Positions 37,701-50,550 of a stretch of 64,000 bases of DNA are shown here, piece by piece. The stretch's first letter is position 1, and the number at the start of each line of letters is the position of its first letter. Under the pieces are notes generated by a model, which was given only the letters and a program-made list of their open reading frames with translations, was not told the origin of the DNA and ran no database searches. A program made the translations under genes and the position numbers. The stretch is from Lama guanicoe. Lineage: Eukaryota. Location: contig MU056277.1 in the NCBI GenBank assembly GCA_013239625.1, positions 2,024,076-2,088,075 on the forward strand, written 5' to 3'.

Positions 37701-39139
37701 TGAGGTCCTGCCCGGGAAGGGGTGGGGTGTAGGTCACCTCTCGTCGCTAGGAAGGGCCCTCCTCACACTGTTACGTGAGCGAGTTTAATAAAACGTTACA
37801 GGGATCTGAAGACACGCCTGGGGAGGTGTCGCAAAGATTCATGTGGGTGGCAGGCAAGTTACTGACCCACAGCCTTGTGGATAAAAACGAAGGGGCGTGC
37901 CTCAGAGGGGGGGTCCGGTGGGAAGAGGAGGGGGTGGGGGAAGGTGCTGTCTCCTCATCAGGGCCGAGCATGGCACTGGTGGCGCCCCAGAGGGTTTGGG
38001 CCCTGAGCTTCCTGCCTGGAGTGGTCGGCGAGGTTCTGAGCGTGGTTCTCACGTGGGCGGCACATTGGAACCCCTCCCTGGGGCCAGGGGTGGTGGCAAG
38101 GTTTCGAGGCTGCCTGGGTGTCTGTGCAAATGGTGGTCAGGTGGTCGGGGAGGACCTCGCGGGAGGAGGGCCAGGGCTGACCAGACAGCAAGGGGCTTCA
38201 GTGAAGGGCACGGATGGGGAGATGTGGGAGCGGGAGGGTCCCCTGAGCAGCGGGGCAGCCTTTCCAGTCTCCAGGTGGCCTCCTCCCTGGGCCAGAGAAG
38301 GTCTGCCCGCGGGTGTGCCTGGAGGCAGGGCACGCAGTGCTGAGTGGGTAAGACAGGCTGAACGGTCACTGTGGGGACACAGGCGAATTTATCCACGTGG
38401 GGTTATGTGCACCTTCACTCTTAAGGAAGGGGCCCAGCCAGGCATTAAGCCAACAATGAGCCATAAACAGACGGAAAAACTCAGTGCAAAAAGGAGTAGT
38501 TAGTAATTAATTACCTAGCGAAGGTGAGCATTTGCCCGGCGATGATTTCACGTGCTTCAGTTTAAAATACAGTCACCAGTTGCCTCCTTAAATCCAAGAC
38601 TGCTTCTAAAAAACTTGATTCAAGATTCTTTGCCCAGTTTCCACCAGGGCATAAGACTTTAATGTTCGTTCCAGAACTGGGATGGCATTCTTCACCTAGA
38701 GGATTAGAAATGTTTGTTAGAAACCTGAATAAGCAGGCGGCAGTGGCTCTGGAAGTTTGCCAGTTCAGTGAACTAGACGATGACATTGAAACGAGGAGAA
38801 CCAGGGGCTTTTTATCCTTGAAACAAGAGCGTAAATGTCAAGGGGAAAAAAATCAAGGTTTTTGTTTTTCAGCAGAAGCAAATGGTATTTTTGCTCATGC
38901 AACGCTTTATCCATCTTAATATTACAAAAGGAAGTTGCTCGTTTAACTGAACGTTGACGCGGACGGAATTCGTTGGAGAAGGCTGGTGTGAGTTTGGAGC
39001 ACACCGCGTCCAGGTCAGAGTGAGCGCCGCGGCAGGCTGTGCCCGGTGGCCTGGGCTCTGTTCAGTGAAGCACTGCTGATGTGTTCTGGCGGCGTGACCT
39101 CGTCCTCCAGCTGAAATCTGTTTTTCGCTCTGCAGACTC

Positions 39140-39308
39140 ATGTTCGACTGTTGGAGATTCATCCTGTGCCAGAAACCCGGGGGCGATGACCGTTCTTCCA
39201 CACAAGAGTCCAGCGTGGCCAGAGAGGAGGAAGGTGACCACCAGGTTGACGTGTCTGACGTCATCAGGCTTGTTCGGGATGAGCCGGCGGGAACGCCCGC
39301 GCCCGCAG
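39140..39308 (+). CDS. MCF2L: MCF2L (DBS/Ost RhoGEF) N-terminal coding exon, MFDCWRFILCQKPG...DHQVDVSDVIRLVRDEPAGTPAPA
   Basis: Matches recalled human N-terminus MFDCWRFILCKRPG...DHQIDVSDVIRLVQD; 56 codons + 1 nt, G|gtaggg phase-1 donor; acceptor tttttcgctctgcag ends at 39135. Confidence 0.9.
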
Positions 39309-41014
39309 GTAGGGCCGGCTCACGCCTCGGGGAGCCCAGCTTCTGACTGACGGCGGACTCAGAAGTCGAGCTCTCAGCCCCTCCGGTCCTCTGGGAGACC
39401 GGTGTGTTTCACACCTGCGGGAACACCTGCCCTCCGACTGCCCGGGCGCCTGCGGCGGGCAGGCTGGGTCGGGGGAGAGCCCACTCCCCACGCGGGAGGG
39501 GCGGTCGCTCTCGGGCTGAGAGCTGGGTGGTGAGTCAGATGAGCTGGTTCTGGCGAGAGACCACGAGAAATGTCTGCTTGGGTTTCCAGTGGCGCACAGT
39601 GCAGCAAGCGGCCCTGCTCCCAGCCTTTGCTTCGGTTTCAGACCCACACGAGCCATTGTTTGAATTTGGTGCCTTGTCAGATTGGAATGGTCACCAGAGC
39701 AGTGGCTGTGACCCCAGGATGCACTGGGCAGCGCACACGGTGGTGAGGGTGCCCCCCTCGCCCCAGGGCTCCCTGACCCAGGCATCCGGGCCCGAGGACG
39801 CGCTTCCTCTGTTCCTGGCCGTCCGAGCACTGTCAGTGCCCCTCTTCAGGAAGGAGGCAGCTGGCTCCCTGCTCCTAGTTTTGCTTGTGTTTAATTATTC
39901 TTTGCCGTTCCTTCCCAAACTGACTCTGAAACTAGTTTTCCCTGGACGAGGCAAGTTGCCAGCACCCGAGGGCAGGCGTGAATCCGCTGGTGAGTGGGCT
40001 GGTACCACGGGGTCCGCCTGGGGCTGGGCCAGAACTGGCGGCTCCCAGAGCAGAAGCCAGAACTCATCTGGGAACTTGGGTGACAGTCCTTCACTCTCTA
40101 CCTCCCGAGCTTTCTCGGCTCGAAGCTGGCGCCCCCGCAGTCGGGTTGGACGTGGGGCTCGAGGCTGCGGCGTTGCCCTGAGAGGGCCTGCTCTGAGTCC
40201 CTGGTCAGGCCGTGTGCACCTGTTGGTGGGCACGGTCTCCGCACCACCTTCGGGACCTGACACGCACACATCTGTTTTCGCGGATGGTACCCGACCTGCC
40301 AGCTGGGGGGTCTCGTCTCCGAGGTTCTGAGCTGCGAGTCGCTCGTGCATGTGAAGAAGCATGGCTGTGTGACTGGCTTGTGGGTAGGGGGTTGGTGCAT
40401 TCAGAGTGGCCGACCCCCCAGCCCCACCTGCCCCCAGCACCTGTGTTTGGTTTTGTAGGTTTAGAAAGTTGATTTTTGCAGCTCCCTGTTGGTGAGTGCT
40501 GGCCAGCGAGAGCGCAATCCTGCAAGTTAGTCTCCTCGTTGGGGTCCCGACCCTCCCAGGACCAGGCCTTGTCTTTTACCCCATTCACTAGGGAGGGAGG
40601 CAGGCAGCTCCTGGGAGAGCCCAGGGCAGAGCGGGGCTGCGAGGACACAGCCCAGTAAGCGTCCACTGGAGTCCTTCCTCCCTGGACCTGCAGAACCAAC
40701 CCCGCAAGTCCTGGACATGCGGGTGGTGCAGTGCCTGCAGCCCTCTGGCTGCCTCCAACCTCGGTCTCCAGTAGGTGGAAGGTAATCGCGCCAACATTCC
40801 GAGCCTTGTTCCTTGTTTCTGGGGAGGAGAAAGGGTGCGGTCAGAATAGCCGGCCATCACCTTCCCCCCCGGGAGCCTCCACGTCCCCACCCCACTGGCC
40901 TCCCTCCCCCCGCCGTCACTGTCACCGTGGGCCTCCCAGTGCCACTGCTTCAGATACCCTTTGGGGTATGAAATATGCTAGTGTCAGAGCTTCAGGTTTT
41001 GAAATCAGTAAGTT

Positions 41015-41300
41015 AGTTTTTTATTGAGGTGAGAGGGCCGCGATGTAGACTTGACCACGTCGGCTGCTCTGAAGTGTGTGCTGCGGGCTGTTAGGTGCAT
41101 TCACTCTGTGTGCAGCCTTCACACGTCCCTCTGGCACTCTTCCTTCTTCCCGAGCTGAAGCTCCGTCCCCATTAAACACTCCCCACTCACACGCCGCCCC
41201 GGCCCGGCCCAGTGGGCGTCGGGCGGACACTGCGCGGTCTTGTCTTGGGGGGCCGTCTTAGCCCGCCCCGTGCGCTGTCCTTGCCTTCTGCACCGTGTCA
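41015..41300 (-). mobile_element. Old L1 (L1MB-like) 3' end fragment
   Basis: ttttattgaggtga...gttaggtgcattcactctgtgtgcagcc...ctccgtccccattaaacactcccc. Confidence 0.6.
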
Positions 41301-42308
41301 AGTCGCAGCTTCAGCCCTGCTTAAAGCCGAGTCTGTCCCCTTGTGGGGCTGGCCCGCCCTGTGTCCCTCCCCCGCCCGTTGGTGGGTGCGGGTTGCTGCC
41401 ACCTGGTGGCCGTCGTGACTGTGCGCGTGGACAAGGGGTGCGCATGTCCCTGCTTCCTCTTCTTTGGGGTCAGTCCCCAGAAGTGGGGTTTCTGGTCACT
41501 TGAACAGGTACTGGGCAAGGCTTTGTGGATAGAAGACAAAAATGCAAAGAATGCTTGACTTGGGCACAAACACCACCTGCAGTGCGAGTCGAATTGTGAA
41601 GCTGCGTTGCTTGGGTCACAAAGCTTAGAACGTCGGCAGTGCTGTGTGGCTGAGCACAGTACCTGAAGGCACTTACACTGCGAGATCCTTCAGGGTTCTG
41701 GGAGAGGCCCCCCTCTGAGGAGCCGCAGGGAGGGGCCGTTCATGTTTCTGGAGGGGGTGTGCAGAAATAATACGCGTGGGCTGAAAACGCGTTTTGGAAA
41801 AGGTGAGAGCGACCACAGGAAACCGATGCTTGGAGGGACATTGGCTTTTTGCTGATCCCCAGTGTTTCTGGCCTGGATCGTGGTCACAGTTCGAGGAGAA
41901 CGAGTGACCCTGGGATGGCTGGCTGTGGGGCGGGGGCGGTGGGGGCAGGGGTCCGAGCTGCGCAGAGCTCGCGGGCGGCGCGCTTCTGGGTTCCCTGCTC
42001 CTCGGCTTCCGAAGCGCAGTCTCTTTCCCAGGACTGTTGTTACTTACCTGCGCGCGGCCCGGTGTTGCAGGCCCTCCTGACGGCGCCGGGACGGCCAGGG
42101 CGTCCCCAGGAGCCGCGCTGGTCAGTCTCCTCTTTGTGGTTTTGTGGGCCCATCCCGAAGGGGGAGTTTGCAAAAGACAGACAGGCTGTTTGTGGAAACG
42201 GAGCTCCTGGTGTCGCCCTAAGGGATTAGCTCTCGCTTTTACCCTTTCCTGACCCCTCGGTCTTGCTCACTTGGACTTTTTATATCACTTGCGAAACTAG
42301 CAGGACTT

Positions 42309-42500
42309 CCTGTTCTTTTTTTTTTTAACATTTTTTATTGATTTATAATCATTTTACAATGTTGTGTCAAATTCCAGTGTTCAGCACAATTTTTCATTCA
42401 TTCATGGACATATACACACTCATTGTCACATTTTTTCCTCTGTGATTTATCATAACATTTTGTGTATATTTCCCTGTGCTATACCCTGTTCTTTTTTTTT
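42309..42500 (-). mobile_element. Young 5'-truncated L1 3' end with target-site duplication
   Basis: cctgttc(t)n direct repeats at 42309 and 42485 around an AT-rich L1 tail; TTTT/AA site at 42500. Confidence 0.8.
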
Positions 42501-43624
42501 AAGAAGACACGTTCCCTGTGCACGACTTCACAGGCGGGTGGCACTAGCTGGTGGGTCGCTGGGTGGTGCTGGGAGCAGACTGCCCATCTTCCCGCGGCGC
42601 CGGTGGGGCGGTGGGGGCGGGGGCAGGTGCCCGACTTGCCGGGGCGCAGGTGTGAAGGGCTCAGAGTGGAACGACCCCCAGCTTCCTTGCGAGCTTTGGG
42701 GTCCCAGGGGAGTCCCATGTCCTCCAGCACCTCCCGGACGCCTGTCTCAGGGGAACCGACTTGGGGTATTTCATCGTTACTTAAAATGGATGGGACGCGT
42801 CCCATAGAAGCTGAGCTGCTGGACAAGGTAGCTCCCAGCCCAGGATGCCTGGAGAGCCCTCGTCTCCCTGAGCCCGATGCTCTCAGCGCCGGCAGCCGGC
42901 CCCGCCTCCACGGCATGCCCAGGAGCAGCCGTGAGTTTGTTAGGGTTTCAAGAAAGTTAGTGGGTTTTCTATTTAACTACGTGCTCTAACGCGTGCTGTA
43001 GGATTAAGGTGATGGAAGTGTGTTTATGTGTGTGTGCCCGTGGAGACGTGCCCGGCCTCCCCCCGCCACGCTGGGCCGGGCGTCCGGGGACGCGGCCTTC
43101 ACTTTCCCGGAACGAGTCCCACTGCAGCAAATGCTCCCTCCTGCTTGCCTTCCTGCTGCTGGGGTTAACCCTGCCCACCCGCCCAGGGTGGCAGCCACCA
43201 CCTGTTCTGAGAGGTGGGGCTCCCGTGGTCCCGGCGCTGTCTCCCCGTGGGCCTGCGGGAGGGGCTGGGCTCTTCAGCGCCCCCCTCCCTGGGCCAGGGC
43301 CAGACGGTCCAGAACAAATAAACCAAGAACCGGTAGAATGAGTGTCTCAAGTGCGTCTCCGTGTGTGTGGGGGGGTCCTAACCCTGGTGCTTAGATGTGA
43401 CGTTAGGAGGCAGCAGGCGCAAGCTGCACCCTTTTCCCTCTGCGCTTCCGGCGTGAACCCCGGCCGGTCACGACAGCGCTCCTCCAGTTTGGTGGGGTTT
43501 CCTTCTTTCTTTGCAGTTTGGCGTTTGTACACAGTATGTTCTGGAAGTCTTTCTGTGTCGACTTGCTTAGATTGGCCTCATTTTGTGTCTCAGATGCGAT
43601 GCACTTTGAGTAACTATTTGACAG

Positions 43625-46050
43625 TCCTCTTTCTTAAAACAGCTTTTATTTCTTAGGACGGTTCCAGGTTGACTGAGATTCTTGGGGGCCGTGCAGAGGC
43701 CCACGTACCCCATGGCCAGCTTCCCGTCGTTAACATCGTACGTGTTTGTGGTGCACTTGTCACAGGTAAGGGCCCAATGCTGATACGCTGCTATTTAGTG
43801 AAGCCCTGACTTTACTCAGGTGTCCTCATTCTGTGAGAGGGCCCCATCCGACACGGCGTGACATGCAGTCGTCACACTTCCCTGGGGCCCTCGTGGCGCT
43901 GACAGCCCCTCAGACCCGCCTTGTCTTGGTGACTGGACGGCGGGGAGGATGCGTACGGGCAGGGGTTCTGTCGGATGCTCCTCGGTGGGTTTGTCTGGCT
44001 TCTCCTGGTTAGACTGGGGTGTGGGTTTTGGGAGGAAGACGCCGGAGGCTCAAGCCAGCCACCTCGTCCTATCGGGGTGCCTGCCGTCACCAGGACTTGT
44101 CACTGCCGGTGTTGGCTCTGGCCCCCCGGCAGAGGGGTGACCGTCAGGCCCCCCGGCACAGCTGCTCCCCCACCCATTTACGGTTTGTGCCTCTGGAACC
44201 AGCTTGCTTGCGCAGCCCGCACCAGAGGAATATGAACACGTGACACCGTTTTACTTAAGGGTGTCTGCATTGGTGCTTGAAATGCAGGTTGACCTGTGGC
44301 TCCTGTTCGGTCTCGGTCAGATTCTGGTATCAGTGCTTTGTTCTTTTCATGAAAAGCACTCGGGTTCATCCTCTCCCTGGACCTTGAGTGTGAAGCAGCT
44401 TTGGAACCACCCGTCTGTGAAGGCTGGCAGGACCCCCGTGAGACCGTCTGGGCCTGATGCTGTTGGAGGAGTCGCCCTGGGCAGCTTCCTCTCTTCCTCC
44501 TGTGGAAATCGGTCTGTCTGAGGAGTTAGGTGTACCCTGAAAACCGCCCGTTTCACCCAGGCCTTCGGACCTCACTGTGCGGCCGCACAGAGCGGCTGCT
44601 GAGGTTCCGCACGGGTCTCATTTCCAAGACTGGTGCCCATCTCATCCCTCATTCTGCGTGTTTTCACTTTCTCTTGTCTCCGCTAGGTTAGCTGGTGGAT
44701 CTGTTTTGTGGTTTTTACTTCCGGAAACCAGTTCTTAACTTTCATTCTGCTGGTTTTCCAACTTCTACTTCATTTGTTTCTGCTTTTGCCTCTATTTCTT
44801 GTGCTTTATTTCTCCTTTAAAAATCCTTCGAGCTCCTGCTCGATTCATTTGTTCTTCCAAGGCGTTAATGGAACGAACCTGCTCACGCTTCCGTGCCCCT
44901 CGCCCCCGTGATGCCCTCCCCCACCGGCGTCACGCCGCTGCGCGCACCTCAGTCTCAACACCTCTTGGTTCATGGCACCAGCGGGGCAGACCCTGAACCC
45001 TGGTGTTTCCTTCTGGGCGCCTAGCCCAGGCTCGCACCTGGGTACGCAAGGATGGACACGTGTGTCAACTAGATCTCCACAAAGCTGTCGTGTACGAAGT
45101 CTGCCGCCAGGCGGGTGGGTTTTAATTCCGTGGCTGTGAGCTTCAGTAAGCCCCCAGCCCCCGGGCAGTCTCTGTCTGTGCTGAAACTGTGCGGGGCCTG
45201 CTCTCTCCCTGCCCAAGGCCTGTCCCATCCTCACTGTCTCCCGTGGGGCACCTGACCCCACCCCACAGAGAGAATTGAATCGGTTGCTGGAGCGCCTCCT
45301 GCCAGTCGTGCCCGCACCTGCCGTCCTGCCTGTCCCTGCCCGGACCTTTCCCCACTCAGTGCCTCTGCCTGTGCCTGACCTGACCCCAGCTGCCCTTACC
45401 TGTGCCCCACCTGGCCCCACCTGTGTCCCGTCTGACCCCCCCTGAGCTCCACCTGTTCCCCCGGGCCCCCTGTGCCCTTTTTCCTGGCCCCACACCCCAG
45501 CCTGCGGGGAGCTCCCTCTGGGGCAGGCCCTCTCCATCTGTACTGTGGGGGGGCTGCCACCTGTCCCCTCACGTTCTCCCAGGCAACCTTGCACCCTTCC
45601 TGCTCCGCCCCGCACCCCACCCTTGGACCCCGCCTCAGGTGCACCCCTCCCCCGGGCAGCCCCACCCTTGGGCCAGCGCACGTGAAGGGCCCCGGGGCCT
45701 GTGCCGACACTGGCCGCTGTGGACTCAGTGTCTCTGTGCTTCTGCTCTTTCTTGCTCAGCGTGCACGGAGACTGGTTGGTTGATTCAGATTCACCTGAAG
45801 GCGTGAAGTCCTGTGAGAGGGCTTTCCGTGTTGAGGAGCTTCCCCAGTCACGTGTTCTGAGAGATGGCCGCTGGGTCAGAGCTTGCTGTCGCTGTCTTAA
45901 AGTGCCGTCTTCACACCGCGGACGGGAGCCGTGGTTTCGCTTTGGAAAGTAGACACAGCGGCAGGTTTTGATCGGAACTGCTATTGTATCTGGTCCCCGC
46001 GTGGTCGGTGTCTCTGGTCTCGTTTTAGCTGCTGTGAAATCTGATGTCAA
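43625..46050 (-). mobile_element. Fragmented old L1 (L1MC-like 3' end plus ORF2 pieces)
   Basis: cttcccgtcgttaacatcgtacgt, gctgatacgctgctatt, tgtgaag...gtctgggcctgatg, ctaggttagctggtggatctgtttt; interrupted by a C-rich tract. Confidence 0.5.
45290..45680. repeat. C-rich degenerate minisatellite (cacctg/cctgcc/tgcccc units)
   Basis: recurring cacctgtgccc-like units with strong C versus G skew. Confidence 0.55.
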
Positions 46051-47067
46051 CAAGTAGCCAGGCGACTTGGCCAGTCTCGCTCTTGGAAGCAGCGTTCAGT
46101 CATTTTATTGGCACCATCTGTGACTTTGAAATGCAGTTCTGTATTTATTAAATTAAGTAGACCATGAAATGGGTTTGAGACACAATGCTGCGTTTCTCCA
46201 TGCCTTGATGGACCCAACAGCCGGTGAGATTTCTCTGTATAACCTCCCCCCAAATATCAGGGCTGGCTGAACTATGCATCTGTAATAATTTTCTTTCCTC
46301 CTCTTCTTAACTAAGCAGACCCACCACGTACTTTTATGCCTTTTCATGGAACCCCATGTCTCCCACTGTCTGAAGTCGCTGTCGTAAGCTTCGCCACTTC
46401 TCCTGACGTTGCGAGTGGAGCCCGCTGTGCCCCCTCCTCTTAGGTCTTTAGCAAAATCACTGCAGAAAACAGCGGGGTTGCTCTGAAGCTCATTCCCCAG
46501 TCACTCCTCCAACCCCGAGGAACCTGTGGCAGCCGGAGTTTATCCTCCCCTCGCCGCCCACCCGGGACGGTCGGAGCCCTTCAGCTTCTGCGCCCACCTG
46601 GGCCTGTCCTCGTGGCCCCGCGGTCAATACGAACACACAGGTCCTCCTTCTCCTCCCGCCCCTTCTGTTGTTCTTTATTTGACCCTTTTAGATAATTTTT
46701 TAACTGGATTTCTAAAGAATTAACTTCAGAGAAACAGTAACGGCCATGTGTGACAAGTGTGCTGCACAAGGGTAAGTGTTTACAGTCCGCATTTCCCATA
46801 AAGACTCCTGAGAAACGCGCTCCCGCAGTAGCTGATTCACAGATGTTTTCAAGCAAAATATTTGATTGTTTTCAGACCGGGGAAATCTCTTGGTCTGAGG
46901 TAATGACAAGATACAGACGCATCGCGCCCCCAGTGAGCACATCACACACCTCCTTGTCGAGTCCTTCTCTTCTCCCTGGAACATCTTCCCAATAACCAGC
47001 GTTAAATCACAGGCTTCCACCAAAAGCTTGTCAACTGCGTTAAAGCGCAGGTGCCCAGTGGGAGAAC

Positions 47068-47460
47068 TGTTAGCGTCCTGGGGCCGCGGGACAACGTCTC
47101 ACAGACTGAGCGGCTTCAGCGACAGGACCCCGCTCTCTCACGTCGGCGGGGCAGGGCGCCGGCAGGCCGGTCCCTCCCAGGCTGTGCGGGAGGGTGTGTC
47201 CCAGGCTCCCCCGGCGTCTGCTGTTTCTGGAGACTGTGACTCGCAGAAGCATCACCTGGCTCTCCACGGTCGTGGCGTCTCCCTGTGCTTCCGTGTCTGA
47301 ATTCCCCACTTTTATAAGGACACCAGTCATAGTGGACACCTCGCTCCAGGAAGACCTCGTCTTACCTAATGACATGCAGTCTCCGTGGGAGCCGAAGGTG
47401 GGAGCCCTGACGGGGGTCAGGGAGGCCGCCCCAGGCCCCCGGTGCACCGAGGACAGTAGG
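47068..47460. mobile_element. MLT1 solo LTR, diverged
   Basis: cacagactgagcggctt, aggctgtgcgggagggtgtgtcccagg, tttataaggacaccagtcat, gacctcgtcttacctaat. Confidence 0.75.
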
Positions 47461-47679
47461 ACTGAGGAACATGGAAACGACACAGCTTTTACAGAAGAAA
47501 ACATCCACACGTGGAAGAAAGAAAAATGTCACCTTTGAGTTTCCGTTTCCAGGTGCGCCTGTAAGCGACAGGTGAGGAACCTGTTTTACACTCTGAGGAA
47601 GGTAAGGCCAAGTCACATCCTTGTCATCTGAGGGCCTGCACCTGGGGGCCGGTGGGAGGAGCAGGAAGAGACAGCGGCC

Positions 47680-47850
47680 TGGGGTCGCAGCCGCGGCAGC
47701 CCGGAGATCTGGGGCCGGGCCGTGCCCTTTCTTGGGCCGTCCTGTGCCTTGTAGGATGTGGGCAGCACGGCTGTCTCTGCCCACTCTACGCCAGCAGCCC
47801 TAGTCGTGACAGCCAGGCTGCCTCCTGACGCTGCCCGCTGCCCCGGGCTC
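47680..47850. mobile_element. MER20-like DNA transposon
   Basis: gggccgtcctgtgccttgtaggatgtgggcagca...tctgcccactctacgccagcagc...gtcgtgacagcca. Confidence 0.65.
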
Positions 47851-48702
47851 AGATGGGAGGTGAAACTCCAGCGCAGCTGGTCTGCAGGGCCGGCGGCGAG
47901 CTGGGTCGGGGCCCAGGTCTGCAGCCGGAGACCCGGCCCTGAGCCCGCCCTGGGCTGCATGGACGAGCTGCGAGCAGGGCTGGGACCACAGGGCCAGAGC
48001 ACCCCGCTTCCTTGCAGGTCGGCCCACGGGTAACTCCGAGGTCCCTCCGCTCCCTTCAGCAAAGATTTCACTTCTCATTTTTTTGACAATAAGTATTTTA
48101 ATTCTTTAAAATCATCTTAACCCCTTTTCACGCAGACCTTGAAGCTCCTTTTTTTTTTTTTTCACCATAAGCGACTTGTAATTGGTTAATTTTGCCACCA
48201 CTGCAGACGCGGTCGTGGCTCATTTCCCTGTGTGTCTGGGGTCGGGAGTGTCCTTCACGGTGCGGCCTCCCCAGCGCCTGGCAGGTGGGAAGTGCCGACA
48301 TCTGGGCACGACGGACGCAGCGTCTCGCTGGCACTGGGCGAGGGGTGTCTGCTGGGCAGGTGCTGCCCATGGTCACCTGCGTGTGGAGAACCTCGTTGGT
48401 CAGCTCTCAGAGGGTTTCAGGTTACGTTAAACAGCCGGCTTTGTTTTGATTTGAACCACGATTTACACCAGCAAGAATGCCTGGAGGGTGCAGGGCAAGG
48501 ACGGCTCTTGACACTCACCCCCGCGGGGGACGACCTGGAACTCCAGGTCCTCCCCGTCGCTGGGCCCCCTCTGCCCGCTCGACCCCCTCAGGCCAGCAGG
48601 TGGTGCTGCTGAGCCACCGAGGCTGGGCGGCTTTCTCCTTTCCTACTCGGGGCTCAAGTGTGTCGTCCCCAGAGGGATGGGGGCGCTTCTGGCGGCCAGT
48701 TC

Positions 48703-48820
48703 GTTATTGTGTTGTTTGACTGGGGAGAGGTAACTGGGCTTATTTCGGGGAGGGCTCGGGATTGACCCGGCACCTCGTGCATGCTAAGCATGCACTCTGC
48801 CGCCTGAGTTACTCCCTCCC
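48703..48820 (-). mobile_element. Vic-1-like SINE
   Basis: reverse complement gggagggagtaactcaggcggcagagtgcatgcttagcatgcacgaggtgccgggtcaatcc. Confidence 0.75.
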
Positions 48821-49089
48821 TGCGGACGGGCACGTTGGATGAGCGGGGAGGTCCAGCGGTCCCCGTGGAGGCTGAGAGACCCCCAGGGCCCTGGGGCACA
48901 GGCTTGTGTGCGGCCTGGACCCACACGGTGGGTTGCACGCAGGCCGCCCTTCCCGCCGGGTGGGAGCCTGGCCGGGTTTCTCCACCGGCTGCTGGATGGT
49001 TGCGGGGAAATGGGCGAGAGTGGCTTGTGATGAGCTTGATGCCGTCCCGGGGGCTGGCGCTGGAGTGCGGGCTCTCTGGTTCGCCGCTC

Positions 49090-49900
49090 ACTTTATTCTT
49101 CACAGCAGCTTTATTAGGCACAATTCACGCCTGCCTCGTACGTGCAGACCTCGGAGATGCTGTGGGTTTGGTTCCAGACCAACAGCAGCCGGGCAAGGAT
49201 CTCGGTGAAGCGAGGCACACGAAGCTGTTGGTTTCCCAGTGCATTCAGCCGGTACGTTCACACCACTCTGTTATGTGTGCAGTAGCATTATGTCTTTTAT
49301 AAAAAGACATTTGTTAAAAATACTTTACTGTTAAAAAATGCCAGCCATCCTGTGACAACCCAGAGTTGGCACAACCCTTCAGTTTGTAGAAGTGCAGAAT
49401 CTGGGAAGGAGAGTAAGCAAGGCCTGCCTTGCCGTTCAGCGTCACCCCTTTAAGACGCACAGCTCAGTGGTTCTAGTGTGGGGCAGGCCTCACCGCCACC
49501 TAACGCTAGACCGTTCCCGTCCCACCAGAGAGACCCCGACGCAGGAGCACACGCCCTGCCCCTCCCCCGCCCTCGGCCCCCACGGCGTGGCCTGTCCTGG
49601 GCGTGTCGTGTGCACGGATCCCGCACCACTCGGCCTCTTGTGTGCAGCCGCTTTCCCCAGCGTGTTTCCAGGGCACGTCCGGGTGGCAGCATGTCCGTGC
49701 TTCCTTCCGCTCCACGCTGGCTCGTGTCCCCGTGTGGACGGACCTCGTTCCCTCCTCCACAGCAGATGGACGTGCAGGGCCTCTCCGCGTCTTGGCTGCC
49801 GTGAACGCTGACGTCCAGGTGTCTTTGTGGCTGTGCTTTCCTCCCTCTTGGGCGCGGACCTGGGCGTGGAGCTGCTGGTCACATGTAACCGTCTGGGGAG
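49090..49900 (-). mobile_element. Old L1 3' end, interrupted by a Tigger element
   Basis: cagctttattaggcacaattcac at 49107 resumes as cacccttt-aagacgcacagctcagtggttctagt at 49443. Confidence 0.65.
49139..49430. mobile_element. Internally deleted Tigger1-derived DNA transposon
   Basis: acctcggagatgctgtgggtttggttccagacc...ttggtttcccagtgcat...aaaaatactttactgttaaaaaatg joined to gttggcacaacccttcagtttgta. Confidence 0.75.
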
Positions 49901-50467
49901 CCCGGACTCGCCCCTCCCGTCCCCACCAGCCGGGTACCAGGCCCGCCTCTCCCCGCCCTCCGCAGCCGGGCCCTTGTCCGTCGTTTCCATCGTGGTTGAG
50001 GGGGCGCCGTGGGGGTGAGGGGTTAGTGGTCACCCGCCCTGAGTGGAGCCAGCCGTCCAGACCAGGGCCTGGGGGCGGGGCCGTGGAGGCCCTGGGGTCT
50101 CCCCTCAGGAGCCGCAAGGCAGCACACAAGGGCCCCCTTCTCCCCCCAACCCTGGCCACCATCTTGGAGGGAAGAGGGGAGTAGGGAGAAAATCTTAAGA
50201 TAAGGATTTATTCAGAAACACGGTTCCTGAGAAGCACCAGTGAGGTGATTGTATTGGGCCGAACTCGCCTGGGAGATGACGTTTTAGTTTCTCCTGTGGC
50301 TCCCGCCCAGGGAGGTCGCAGCCAGGACCAGAGGGCCCGCTGTCTTTGGACGCCTGGGTCTGCAGGTCCCGTCTGCAGCCCGGCCTCTGCTGCACCAGGG
50401 CTGGCCAGCCAGTGGGCGCTTCAGACACCTGCTCGGGGCTGCGAACCTCTCAGGCAGCCAAGCCGTG

Positions 50468-50550
50468 AACTGGGTTCAATCCCCACTACCTCCTCGGAAA
50501 ATGAATAAGCGTAATTATCCCCCCCAGAAAATTAAAAAAATAAAAACCAC
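50468..50550 (+). mobile_element. Vic-1-like SINE, 3' fragment
   Basis: ctgggttcaatccccactacctcc...gtaattatccccccc plus A-rich tail. Confidence 0.6.

Noticed and set aside
39404-40330. 308-aa plus-strand ORF
   Set aside because: Intronic, GC-rich stop-poor sequence; GTG start, no recognisable motif
44845-46053. 402-aa minus-strand ORF
   Set aside because: Low-complexity Gly/Arg/Ala translation of a C-skewed tract and L1 debris; non-ATG start, no recognisable domain
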